This document shows, piece by piece, positions 36,565-46,555 of a DNA stretch of 64,000 bases. Position numbers and translations under genes: made by a program. Under the pieces are notes generated by a model. The model searched no databases, had not been told where the DNA came from, and worked only from the letters and a program-made list of their open reading frames with translations. Each line of letters opens with the position of its first letter. Within the stretch, counting starts at the first letter, position 1. This DNA comes from an uncultured Acidobacteriota bacterium (GTDB lineage Bacteria > Acidobacteriota > Terriglobia > Terriglobales > Acidobacteriaceae): assembly GCA_963701925.1 (NCBI GenBank), contig CAVPBQ010000004.1, forward strand, positions 54,785 to 118,784, read 5' to 3'.

Positions 36565-36618
36565 TCCTCTTCAAGCCTTGGATGCCCACGCTACACTCGA
36601 GTTGCCCGATCTTGAATT

Positions 36619-38607
36619 CTATTCCGAAGTCTGCAGCGTCTCCCCCAACTCTTCCCATTCCTTGATCAGCGCAGCGTGGGTCGCCTTATTCTTCTCCAGT
36701 TCCTCCGCCTGCCGCTGGCTCTCTTCCGCGCTCACAAAATTCTGCATAGCATTTTCCACATTCGCGATCTCGGCCTCGGCGCGACTGATTTCTTCCTCCA
36801 GTTCGCCGACCCGCTCTTCCATCTGCTTGCGCTTGATCGGATTTAAGCGCTTCTTCGCGGCTTCCCCGCCCGTGAACTCGCCGCTGCGATTTCCGTTGCT
36901 CGGCCCGGCCGCGGCCGGCTCCGCCTTAGCTTTGCTCATCCCCGGAACATCATCCAGCGTGGGCGCAACATGCTGCCCTCCCTGCTTGCGCCACAGATAG
37001 TCTTCGTAATTCCCGGGGAATATCTCGACCTTGCCATCACCCACCTCGAACACTCGCGTCGCCAGCTTGTCAATGAAATATCGATCGTGCGAAACGAAGA
37101 CGACCGTGCCTGTGTAATCCATCAGCGCCGAAAGCAATACATCTTTCGCCCGCATGTCGAGATGGTTCGTCGGTTCGTCGAGCAGCAGAAAGTTTGCCGG
37201 ATGCAGCAGCAGCCGCAGCAGCGCGTAGCGCCCGCGCTCCCCGCCGGAAAGCACTCCGATTTTCTTGAATACTTCCTCATCGGAAAACAGAAAGCAGCCC
37301 AGCAGCCCGCGCAGTTCGGTCTCCGTCGACCGTGGCGAGATCTCGCCCAGGTCGTCCAAAATACGGGCCTCGGCATCGAGTTCCTTGTACTGATCCTGCG
37401 CAAAGTAATCGGCCTGCACGTTGTGGCCGAGGCGAAACTCGCCGTGAGTCAGCGGCTCGGTGCCCGCCAGCAATTTGATCAACGTGGACTTCCCTGCTCC
37501 GTTCACTCCGACCAGCGCGATCCGATCTCCGCGCTCGATCATGAAGTTGACATTTCTGAAAACTTCCTTCGCCCCCGCGCCATTTTTCCCCGGATAGCTT
37601 TTCGCCACGTTCTCAAACTCAGCCACAATGCGTCCGCTGACCTTCGGCTGCGGAAATTTGAAGTGGATGGTCTTTTCTTCCGCCGGAATCTCGATACGCT
37701 CCATCTTTTCGAGTTCCTTAATGCGGCTCTGCACCTGCTTCGCCTTGGTCGCCGTGTAGCGGAATCGGTTGATGAAGACTTCCAGCTGCTCGATGCGGTC
37801 GCGCTGGTTGTTGAACGCCGCTGTCAGCTGCTCGTTGCGCTGCGTTTTCTGGGCAAGGAATTTGTCGTAGTTGCCGGTATAAAACCAGATGCGCTTGTTC
37901 CAGATTTCGGCAATCTTGTTCACCGTCACATCGAGGAAGTAACGGTCGTGCGAGATCAGCACAAAGCTGTATGGATAATTCTGTAAGTACTCCTCCAACC
38001 AGTTGCGCGCTTCCAGATCAAGATGGTTGGTCGGCTCGTCCAGCAACAACAGATTCGGCTTTTGCAACAGCAATTTCCCCAGCGCCAGCCGCATCTGCCA
38101 TCCGCCGGAGAACTCATCGGTCAGGCGCGGCCAATCTTCTTTTTGAAACCCCAACCCCATCAGAACCCGGCCGACTTCCGCTTCAATCGAATATCCGTCG
38201 CGCGCCCGAAATTCGTGCTCGACCCGCTGGTACCGATCGGCAACGGCCGCATATTCCGCGCTGGTGTGGTCGATCTCGGCCATGCTATGCATCAGCGATT
38301 CCAGTTCCTGCTCCATCGCCTTGACGTCGTCGAACACCGACATGCACTCGGCAAACACCGAGCGTCCCGACAGCGTCAGCCCATCCTGCGGCAGATATCC
38401 GGCCGACGTTCCTTTGGCGATGGTGAGCGCCCCATAATCCAGCGTGTCGATCCCGGCCAGAACTTTCATGATCGTCGACTTGCCGGTGCCATTGGCTCCG
38501 ACCAGCCCCACGCGGTCATGCGAGGTAATAAGCCAGTCCGCGTTCTCGAACAAAAGTTTGTGGCCGAATCGTTTTCCGGCGCCAGCAAGCTGAATCATGG
38601 TCTGCAA
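36619..38607 (-). CDS. ABC-F family ATPase (Uup/EttA-like) with C-terminal coiled coil
   Basis: Two Walker A motifs (GANGTGKST, GVNGAGKST), two LSGG signatures (FSGGWQMRL, LSGGERGRY), no TM region. Confidence 0.9.
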   Translation of the reverse strand: MQTMIQLAGAGKRFGHKLLFENADWLITSHDRVGLVGANGTGKSTIMKVLAGIDTLDYGALTIAKGTSAGYLPQDGLTLSGRSVFAECMSVFDDVKAMEQELESLMHSMAEIDHTSAEYAAVADRYQRVEHEFRARDGYSIEAEVGRVLMGLGFQKEDWPRLTDEFSGGWQMRLALGKLLLQKPNLLLLDEPTNHLDLEARNWLEEYLQNYPYSFVLISHDRYFLDVTVNKIAEIWNKRIWFYTGNYDKFLAQKTQRNEQLTAAFNNQRDRIEQLEVFINRFRYTATKAKQVQSRIKELEKMERIEIPAEEKTIHFKFPQPKVSGRIVAEFENVAKSYPGKNGAGAKEVFRNVNFMIERGDRIALVGVNGAGKSTLIKLLAGTEPLTHGEFRLGHNVQADYFAQDQYKELDAEARILDDLGEISPRSTETELRGLLGCFLFSDEEVFKKIGVLSGGERGRYALLRLLLHPANFLLLDEPTNHLDMRAKDVLLSALMDYTGTVVFVSHDRYFIDKLATRVFEVGDGKVEIFPGNYEDYLWRKQGGQHVAPTLDDVPGMSKAKAEPAAAGPSNGNRSGEFTGGEAAKKRLNPIKRKQMEERVGELEEEISRAEAEIANVENAMQNFVSAEESQRQAEELEKNKATHAALIKEWEELGETLQTSE

Positions 38608-38672
38608 TCATCATAAAGCAGTCTCAAGGTCACAAGATCTCTTCGACGTTCGAGGGCAACATTCGACATCGC

Positions 38673-38724
38673 AAAAAATCGCCGCCAGAAGGCATTTACG
38701 CACTCCTGGCGGCGATATTTTATT
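38673..38724. terminator. strong hairpin with flanking A/T runs (terminator after 38754..39215)
   Basis: AAAAAATCGCCGCCAG ... CTGGCGGCGATATTTTATT, an 11-bp perfect stem. Confidence 0.6.
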
Positions 38725-38753
38725 GCCGGCGAAGGATCGAGAAATCCCGATCC

Positions 38754-39215
38754 TTAAGCCGCCTTTTTCGTCTGCGATCGCATCTGCTGGCCCATCTTCC
38801 GCATCGCGGCGACCATGCCGGGAGTGTGCTGTTCCGCCCAAGCCTCGAACCGGTTCGCCGCTTTTTCGATGTTTGCGGCAAACAGTTTGTTCGAGAACCG
38901 CTCCCGGCCTTCCTTGACGGTCGGCTTGATGCGATCCCATACACCGAAAAATTCGCCGCTGGTTTCAAAGAACAGGTCCTCGTGCAGTAGTCCGTAGTTG
39001 AGGAGCGCGCAGGCCTGGTCCCAGTAGCTGATCACCATCATCAGATTGGTTCCCGCTTCCGTTCCCATAGGAGCAATGCGCATGGCTTCGTCCAAATTAT
39101 CGGCAAAGTAGTTGGCGAAGAACCAGTCTCGCGCCTGCCGAAGCCGCGGGTCGCGGCGCTCTTCGTAAATTCGTAAATGGAGTTGTGCTTGTTCGTGTGT
39201 AGGCTTGGATGGCAT
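38754..39215 (-). CDS. uncharacterised helical protein (paralog of 55680..56138)
   Basis: 153 aa. Shares MPxxxTxxxAQLxLxxYxxRRxxxLRxARxW, GYW/SYW and NIEK with the second copy. Confidence 0.6.
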   Translation of the reverse strand: MPSKPTHEQAQLHLRIYEERRDPRLRQARDWFFANYFADNLDEAMRIAPMGTEAGTNLMMVISYWDQACALLNYGLLHEDLFFETSGEFFGVWDRIKPTVKEGRERFSNKLFAANIEKAANRFEAWAEQHTPGMVAAMRKMGQQMRSQTKKAA

Positions 39216-39396
39216 AGGATTCTCTCCTTCCTGAATTTGTCTTGATTCCCTAAATCATACGACTGTCTTTGCACGTTTTGCAGCACCGCGCGGTGCAAAA
39301 ATCAACTTTTAAATAAAGTGATTTCACTGGATCGTCGCCATCCCGACGCCGTTGACCCGCATCCTAAAAAAAGGATTCTTAACCCAGGAGGAAGCA

Positions 39397-39624
39397 ATGA
39401 TCGGAAAAAATATTACATTGCCGGAGATGATCCTTTGGACCGGAACGCGTGTAGCACTCGGCGCCGGGATTGGCATGTTAGTTTCAAGGCGACTCAGCAA
39501 AGACGCCATGAAGGCGGCTGGACTTGCTTTGATTGTCGTGGGAGGATTCACGACCATACCATTGGCGATCGCCATCGTGGGTAAGAAAGACTTGACCCGC
39601 CCTGAAATTCGGTCCGTAGCCTGA
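39397..39624 (+). CDS. small membrane protein
   Basis: 75 aa, AGGAGGAAGCA SD + ATG, two hydrophobic helices. Confidence 0.45.
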   Translation: MIGKNITLPEMILWTGTRVALGAGIGMLVSRRLSKDAMKAAGLALIVVGGFTTIPLAIAIVGKKDLTRPEIRSVA

Positions 39625-39764
39625 CCAACTCGCAAGACTTGTATGTAGCACGACAACAGAGGCTTCCCGTCCAAGCTTTGCTTGGGCGGGGCTCGGAGCT
39701 GCCGGCGCAAAACATCTTCGTACTTTTGCAGTGAAACCAGTTGCAAATCGCTTTTAGGAGTCAT

Positions 39765-40241
39765 CTACTGCGCGACGCACCAGAGGATAAGCAATCCGCC
39801 GCCAATCGCAATCACGTCTTCGACCACCGCCACGACGAAGTCTGGCACATGAGCTTTGGAGACCACGAAATGCCGGCTGTGATATCCGGCAAAGGCCCCA
39901 ACAACTCCGCCGGTAGAACCGAGCAGCGCTGAAAAAAACAAACTTGTCCCGGCACTCGTAGCAACTCCCAGACCACACGCTCCTCCAAAACAAATCCGTG
40001 CGACGAGGCCGAGCGGTGCCGTGCGCGCTGGCGTTTTCGGCAACTTGTCCGCGATCAGTTCGATGACAGCCAGCACCGTGAACACGATCAAAGTGGACCG
40101 ATGGTGGATGAAAGCGAGCCGCGTCCCGGCAAAATGCAACCAGCCGAAATGCGCCGCCCAACAGATCAGTGCCGGAGGCGTGAGCGACCGCAGGCCATCG
40201 ACGCAGCCCAGAAGAAACGTCAACAAGAATGTCATGATCAT
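39765..40241 (-). CDS. DUF4126-like integral membrane protein
   Basis: Four hydrophobic segments; IELIADKLP motif as I recall for DUF4126. Confidence 0.5.
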   Translation of the reverse strand: MIMTFLLTFLLGCVDGLRSLTPPALICWAAHFGWLHFAGTRLAFIHHRSTLIVFTVLAVIELIADKLPKTPARTAPLGLVARICFGGACGLGVATSAGTSLFFSALLGSTGGVVGAFAGYHSRHFVVSKAHVPDFVVAVVEDVIAIGGGLLILWCVAQ

Positions 40242-40478
40242 TATCGAATCGACACTTCCTATACAAAGTGCCTCGCCCCCCCGCATATTTTGCAAGAGCC
40301 GAAAGCGCCCGCGCTAGCGCTGCTTCAAGCCGAGCCACGGCCTGCCGCGATAGGAATCCGCCACTACCCATGCGGCAGTCGTCAGCGCCTGGGAGAGCAC
40401 CGTCTCACTCTATTGAAAAGCGGTCTTAAGACCGGCCGCCGCCACGCGCGGATCTTAAGTCGCGGACTTTGACTTTCG

Positions 40479-41426
40479 TTACGCTTCCCGCGCCATAAGC
40501 CCGGAAGGCGTGCATCCCGCCGGGACGATCCCATACTTCAAATCCAGAAAGCGCTGCAAGTCCGGCGCAACCCCTCCGCTGATCTCCTGCCACGTCAGGA
40601 CCTTGCATCGGGTTCGGAGCTCGGAAACTCTGACGCATTTCATCACCCCATACCACGCCTCGAGCAGATCAGGACGGCGCGCATCCAGCAACACGCAAAA
40701 AGCAAGTGACCGCGCATGCGCTGCCAGCACATTTCGGATCAGTTGGTACGAACAATAATATCCTTCGACCGTGTGCAAAGCCTCGACGGCAAATACCTCG
40801 TGCAGATCGCGATACGATTCCACCACCGCGACCTCCCGCATCTGGAAGTCGGTCTCCGTCAACTTCGATTCGACCAGGAGATCGCCGAGCTTCATGTCAA
40901 CTTCGGTTCTGTCTACGCGCCCGCTCCGCAGCGGAACTCGCGCCTTGAACCCGAACTCTGGAGTGCCGCCAATTTCAGATCCCAGCAGTGCGCCCAATCT
41001 AGATTCCGCCAGCGCTTTCGGGTGACAGAAAATATTCATCAGCAGCGCATCCGAACTCATGCACGAGTCCAGTTCCCGCCATCGCCGTTCCGCTCGCGGC
41101 AGCGACCGCGCTCCATGGCTGTGAATTTTGTCCAACCGGCATTTCCATTCCGGCCGCTGCAGAATCGCCCGATACGTGCCCTTCAGAAAATTGCCGTGTT
41201 CCCGCAGACTCGGCGAAGGCTCATACACAATCACCGGCTGTTCGCCATAGCTGAGAACGTGGGGCAGACGCCGCGCCCCAGCAAACGCAGCATTGCGCGC
41301 ACTCAACTCCTGCCGCAACTGCGCCGCATAACTGATCAACTCACAAATCCTTGTTTGTCCATGGTACCAAGATCGTCGGCTGCGCCATTTCTCGCGCGCG
41401 CCGGTCGGCAGGGGAAAAAGGAACAA
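40479..41426 (-). CDS. hypothetical protein with candidate PD-(D/E)xK nuclease motif
   Basis: 315-aa ORF (TTG start, uncertain). RTEVDMKLGDLLVESKLTE fits D-x10-E-x-K. No signal peptide or TM. Confidence 0.4.
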   Translation of the reverse strand: MFLFPLPTGAREKWRSRRSWYHGQTRICELISYAAQLRQELSARNAAFAGARRLPHVLSYGEQPVIVYEPSPSLREHGNFLKGTYRAILQRPEWKCRLDKIHSHGARSLPRAERRWRELDSCMSSDALLMNIFCHPKALAESRLGALLGSEIGGTPEFGFKARVPLRSGRVDRTEVDMKLGDLLVESKLTETDFQMREVAVVESYRDLHEVFAVEALHTVEGYYCSYQLIRNVLAAHARSLAFCVLLDARRPDLLEAWYGVMKCVRVSELRTRCKVLTWQEISGGVAPDLQRFLDLKYGIVPAGCTPSGLMAREA

Positions 41427-41588
41427 GTTCCCGCAAAGGATGGCACACAGGGGTTAGCGCACTTACCGAAAATTTCGCGAACTTTAGAAATTGCCGAGCA
41501 TGCCCCGTCCTTGCGCATCCTTGCAAGGGCGGGGCATTCGCATTCCTGGTGATGCCAGCATGATCGGAGCGTCGGCCACCCGGCCGCC

Positions 41589-43043
41589 TCAATAAGAGTT
41601 CACGCAATCAACGTAGTCCTGCTCGTCCATTTGGCTAAATCCACAGGCATAGAGCGGCCAGTTACCGGTGTTGGCCATGTTCCAGGAAAATATCGCGCTG
41701 CTGGATACGTAGTAGTTGAGGAACGTCGCAGTTCCGGGAGCAGTCGGCGTAAGCTGCGGGTAAAGTTGCTGGAAGGAAGACTCCAGCGTCGTGTTGGCAG
41801 TGGCGCCATAGGCACCCGAGAACGTGTAGAGGCTATTGAATTGTGTCGCCGCCGGCGAAGCGGCGAGATTGTAGTTGATCGACTGATAGTCCATCGGCAT
41901 CAGCGTGTCTTGTGCAATGGTGAAGATCTTGAACGCCGGGTTATTACCGAACACCGGACTTATGCCCGGAATTCCAAACATCACGTCGCCGGTGGGCAAG
42001 ACGCGGAATTCATCCATGTGGGTGTGCCCGGCGATGCCCATGGCGATCAGGCCCGGATACTTTGAAAGGATCTGCATAAATTCGATCTGGAATTGTGGCT
42101 GCCACATCATGGCGGCTTCGTCGTCTGTGATCTGGGTAGAGGAATTGAAGGTTCCGACCTTTTGTGCGGTTGCCGTGGTGTTGGCGCCGGGGGGCACATG
42201 CATGACGAGCCACACCTTTTGACCGGCAGATTGCGCGGCGGCCAACTGTGAATCCAGCCAGGTAAGTTCGGCGTAAGGATCCAGCGGCGGCAGATAGGGC
42301 GACTGAGCGAGCGGGTTGCTATCGAAGGCGATTACCAATAACTTCGATCCCAGCGGCTGCGCCGAATACGATCCGAGGGTCGTGAATGTGCTCTGAAATG
42401 ATGCCCGGTCTGTGCTGCCATTCAACAGCTGCGTATAGTATGTGCTCGCGTTATCCGCAAGGAATTGAGCGTCCGGACCGGTGCCGTACGGGCTGTAGGT
42501 ATCGATGTTCCCTGGCACAAAGATCACTGGAACGTTCCCGACCGCTGCCCTGATCTGCATGGAGACGAAGGCTACCGTCTTGTCCATGAACTGCTGCATC
42601 GCGGCCGTTCCCGCAGCGTCCAGCGGTCCACAGGTTGCGGCTGGCGGGAGATTTGAATATGCCAAACAAAAATTCAATGGCATCTTATGGGCGAGCATGT
42701 CTCCGGAAAAAAGAACCACAGGGCTCGCCCCAAGATTCTGACTGACTCCGGCTAGCGCAAGGACCAGTGCCGGGTAGTTCGTATCGGATCCCCACGCGGC
42801 GGGAGCCTTTTTGCTCAAGACCTGCGCGCTTTGAAAAATGTTGTCCCACTGACTCGCCGGTTCGGCAGCCAGCTGTGAATACAGGGTCGGATCATCGAAG
42901 GGATTAAAGTGAATATCGGAAATTGCCACCACCGGGTACGCCGCTGGGGGAGTCTGGGGCCCAGCACTGACGCCGCTGCAAGCAAACATCAAAACAACGC
43001 TTCCTAATATGAGAATAAGAAGGTACCGCGAAAGCTTGGTCAT
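41589..43043 (-). CDS. secreted metallophosphoesterase (acid-sphingomyelinase-like phosphodiesterase type)
   Basis: ISDIHFNPF, FSGDMLAH, VPGNIDTY, MHVPPG, GHTHMDEF. Lipoprotein-like signal LMFACSG. Confidence 0.75.
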   Translation of the reverse strand: MTKLSRYLLILILGSVVLMFACSGVSAGPQTPPAAYPVVAISDIHFNPFDDPTLYSQLAAEPASQWDNIFQSAQVLSKKAPAAWGSDTNYPALVLALAGVSQNLGASPVVLFSGDMLAHKMPLNFCLAYSNLPPAATCGPLDAAGTAAMQQFMDKTVAFVSMQIRAAVGNVPVIFVPGNIDTYSPYGTGPDAQFLADNASTYYTQLLNGSTDRASFQSTFTTLGSYSAQPLGSKLLVIAFDSNPLAQSPYLPPLDPYAELTWLDSQLAAAQSAGQKVWLVMHVPPGANTTATAQKVGTFNSSTQITDDEAAMMWQPQFQIEFMQILSKYPGLIAMGIAGHTHMDEFRVLPTGDVMFGIPGISPVFGNNPAFKIFTIAQDTLMPMDYQSINYNLAASPAATQFNSLYTFSGAYGATANTTLESSFQQLYPQLTPTAPGTATFLNYYVSSSAIFSWNMANTGNWPLYACGFSQMDEQDYVDCVNSY

Positions 43044-43504
43044 AATCCCTCGTCGATAAAACGGAATTTCTGCATAGTTGCCGCACCTCTCCCTCATGGA
43101 AATAGAGGAGCAACGCCGCATAGTCTTCAGATCGGCCGTTACCATTTTGAGGTTTAGTGTTTGACTGTACGGACATGCGGACCCATGCCGGCCCTGCTCA
43201 GCATCTGCGATTTATGAATTCATTCTGAGAGAACTCCGACAGGAAACGACGGACGAGTTCGAGGATTGACGTTGTCGTTACGCCCGGGAAGAAACCTGGG
43301 GAGAGAAACGTGCGAACCTACCCCAGTAATTCTCCTGCTTCGGGAAGTCGAAGTCGTGAAGACCGGAGTCTGCACTCTCGGTCTGATTCATCCCAAGGGT
43401 TGTGAATGCCATTATGAGCAGGTTCCGAGCCGGGACAGTCACCAGAGCAGCGCTCGCGAGCCACTACTTCGTACATCGCCGCATTCGCGGCGAGCGCACG
43501 GTGC

Positions 43505-45985
43505 TCATTGCACGACCTGAGTGATTGAGGCCGCACTACCCTTGATGTCGGAATCTCCGCTATAAGTTGCGGTGACCGTCGTGCTGCCCACCGGCAGCGT
43601 GGACGTCGTGAACTTCGCGCTGCCCTGCGATAGCTGTGCTGTGCCCAGCACCGTTTTGCCTACAGTAAATGTGACCGGACCCTTTGCTTTTGCCGTTGGC
43701 GACGTAATCGTCGCGGTCAAGGTCACCGCCTCACCCTGCGTGGAAGGGTTGGGCTTGGAAGTCAGCGTGGTTGAGGTTGTGGCCTGCGTCACGACCTGAT
43801 TCACCACCGGGGAGGTGCTCGCAGCGTTGTTGTTGTCTCCTTTATATGTCGCGACGATGGGGAAAGTCTGGGCATTGAGCGTCGATAGGGGGAAGGTCGC
43901 AACTCCGCTGGAGTTGAGCGGGGTAGAACCGAACCAGTTTCCATTCCACGAGAAACTCACGGAACCTGTAAGCGGCACCGAACCCGTGGGAGTGACAGTT
44001 GCAGTAAAACTGACGGTTTGTCCGTAAATCGAAGGGTTCAGGTTGGAAGAAAGCGCGGTGGAAGTGGTCGCTGGGACGTATTCGATCAGCGTCGGCGAGG
44101 TACTTCCGATGTTGTCGGAATCGCCGGAGTAAGTGGCGATGATGGAGTGCTTTCCTCCGACGTTGTAGCTGGTCTTGTAGCGGGCTTGATTGTTGCTGAT
44201 CGCGACCATCGCGACTTGAGCGCCATTGTCGGTAAGCGTTAGGAAGCCGCCGGTCTGCCCACCGTACGGTGTCGTCACACTTGCCGTGTAGTTCACAATC
44301 GTATTGATGGGTGCGGGATTGCTCGATGAGACAACAGATGTCGAAGTGACCGCCGGATTGACGACTTGGATAAGGGGAGCAGACTGACTGGAGCTAAACT
44401 CCACCGACCCTTGATATGCGGCGGTCAATGACTGCGATCCTGCCAAAAGAGAGTTGCTTGAAGCTGACGCAGTACCGTTCGCCAAGGTAGCGATTCCGGC
44501 CTCGTTAGCTCCTTCGTAGAAGATGACAGTTCCGGTTGGCGCACCCGATCGGGAAGTCACGGCAGCTGTGAAGGTGACTAATTGCCCGAAGGTTGAGGGA
44601 TTGGGAGCGGCGGCCAGTGACGTGGTTGTGGAGGCCGATCCAGTGTGCAATAGAACCGCGATCTGATTGTTGCCGCACCCAACTTGGAGGCACCCCCCGA
44701 CAATCACGTCAGGTTCATCATCACCGTTCAAATCGGCGACCGCGATCGGAGTGAGGAAGGTCTGCGGCGGGGGCTGACTCGTGTCGTAATCCTGCGCTGG
44801 CTGGAACGTACCATCGCCGTTCCCTAAGAGCACTGCCGCATCCTGAAGCCCAGAGCAGGGGCTGAGGTAACAATTCGCCACAATGGCGTCGAGTTTCCCA
44901 TCGTCGTTCATATCGGCGAGAGCGATGCCCTCCACATTTCGTCCGCCCGCGTCATAGGTCATCGGAGACTTGAAGGTGCCGTCGCCGTTGTTCAGTAGAA
45001 CAGCAACCTCGCCGGGGGAAATCTGACCGAAAACCGTATCTTCAGCTACCAAGATATCCGGCTTGCCATCCCCGTCCACGTCCCCCACCGTCATCGCGAT
45101 GGGGCCGTTCCCCTTCCCGCCGACGTCGTATGACGCAACCGGCCGAAAAGTGCCGTCTCCGTTGCCGAGCAGAACGCCCACCGTGATGAGCAGTGCCCAA
45201 CTTGGGCCCGTGTCGGCCACGATCAGGTCCAACTTCCCATCTCCATTCACGTCCCTCACGCTGAGCGCGTTGGGAAGCGAGTTGCCGGAACTATAGGCAC
45301 CCCCTGGCCGGAACGTTCCATCTCCATTCCCTAGACTCACCGTCACTCCTCCGTCGGAGTCCGTAACGATGAGGTCGAGCTTTCCATCGCCATTCACGTC
45401 CGCCAACATGGAGGGTGTGGAGGTCCCTCCTGACTGGGAAACGATCGGAGGCTGGAATGTCCCATCACCATTCCCGAAGAGGACGCTGATACTGGATACT
45501 CGCGTGTTGATATTGAATCCATGCAAGACCAGGAGGTCAGGTTTGCCGTCGCCATTCAGATCGCCGACCAGCGCCTGTGCTGTTGTGGTGCCGTCGCTGC
45601 CGGTGTTGTACATAACCGTACTCTGGAAGGTCCCGTCCCCTTTGCCAAGCAACACCGCGACGTCGTTGCCGTTCGGACAAGAGGGGGCACCGCAAGCGTC
45701 TCCTACCACGACGTCGAGCTTGCCGTCGCCGTTGAGGTCGGCGACAGCGATCGACCCGGGCCATGACGGACCCGAGGCATAGAAGGTGGGTGGCAGCAAG
45801 AGAGAGATACCCGGCCGTGACGCCTTCGATGCGTTGCTTTTCACATTTCCGGGTCCAGATTGCGCAGCGAGCCCATTCGACGACGAATGAGCCTGTTGGG
45901 CGACCATCGGGACGGCAACGATGATCAATTGTGCAGCGAGAGCAATCAAGACGATAGAGACACGCGTTCTTGCAATGGCGAGCAC
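43505..45985 (-). CDS. FG-GAP/VCBS repeat protein with C-terminal Ig-like domains
   Basis: Repeated DLNGDGKxDLxV and LLGNGDGTFxP units, then several ~90-aa TxTxxxSSxNPS...TATV Ig-like repeats. Signal peptide. Confidence 0.8.
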   Translation of the reverse strand: MLAIARTRVSIVLIALAAQLIIVAVPMVAQQAHSSSNGLAAQSGPGNVKSNASKASRPGISLLLPPTFYASGPSWPGSIAVADLNGDGKLDVVVGDACGAPSCPNGNDVAVLLGKGDGTFQSTVMYNTGSDGTTTAQALVGDLNGDGKPDLLVLHGFNINTRVSSISVLFGNGDGTFQPPIVSQSGGTSTPSMLADVNGDGKLDLIVTDSDGGVTVSLGNGDGTFRPGGAYSSGNSLPNALSVRDVNGDGKLDLIVADTGPSWALLITVGVLLGNGDGTFRPVASYDVGGKGNGPIAMTVGDVDGDGKPDILVAEDTVFGQISPGEVAVLLNNGDGTFKSPMTYDAGGRNVEGIALADMNDDGKLDAIVANCYLSPCSGLQDAAVLLGNGDGTFQPAQDYDTSQPPPQTFLTPIAVADLNGDDEPDVIVGGCLQVGCGNNQIAVLLHTGSASTTTSLAAAPNPSTFGQLVTFTAAVTSRSGAPTGTVIFYEGANEAGIATLANGTASASSNSLLAGSQSLTAAYQGSVEFSSSQSAPLIQVVNPAVTSTSVVSSSNPAPINTIVNYTASVTTPYGGQTGGFLTLTDNGAQVAMVAISNNQARYKTSYNVGGKHSIIATYSGDSDNIGSTSPTLIEYVPATTSTALSSNLNPSIYGQTVSFTATVTPTGSVPLTGSVSFSWNGNWFGSTPLNSSGVATFPLSTLNAQTFPIVATYKGDNNNAASTSPVVNQVVTQATTSTTLTSKPNPSTQGEAVTLTATITSPTAKAKGPVTFTVGKTVLGTAQLSQGSAKFTTSTLPVGSTTVTATYSGDSDIKGSAASITQVVQ

Positions 45986-46555
45986 GGAATACCTCCACCA
46001 GAACGCCGTTATTCAATCCATGGGATCTCGGGGACTTGCAAGTCACGCGTCAATCACTCGAGGCTGGGATGATCCTTTGCCGGGGTAGGACAGTTTGCGT
46101 GACAACGTTCGGTAGGGCAACTTAGCACCGTCAGGTGCCCACGTCAATCAGGACATTTCGAATGCAGAGCTGGGGGCATTGCGTTTTCCACAGCTAAATT
46201 TTTCTTTTGTGACGAATGACCTTTACTGAGGATTTTGAAAGTACAAGATTGGGAATATGCCGGGACGGTCCCCAAATCGCGATGCAAATACGCCAGCTAA
46301 CTCCTTTGTTAACAATATTTTACTCCTAAACCATTTCATTTCAATATTTTGCCGCTGCGGCCACCGATCTACACTCCACAACTCCTTTGTGGTCAAGTCT
46401 ATACATGCCCCCATCAAAAAAAATATCGATGTCTATCTCGCCAACACGCCCAGGTTTGACACTGCTCACCCGGTTACCTAGACTGCCTGTGTATCGCTTT
46501 GCTGGGGCAATCGATCAAAGCCGATCAAACGAACGACCGCTGACGAGGTTCATTC

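Noticed and set aside
43146-43504. Small ORFs (43266..43520 plus strand, 43318..43536 minus strand) in the 360-bp gap between the metallophosphoesterase and FG-GAP genes
   Set aside because: No SD, mutually overlapping, no recognisable motifs, and one runs into the FG-GAP stop region. I treat the gap as non-coding promoter/UTR.
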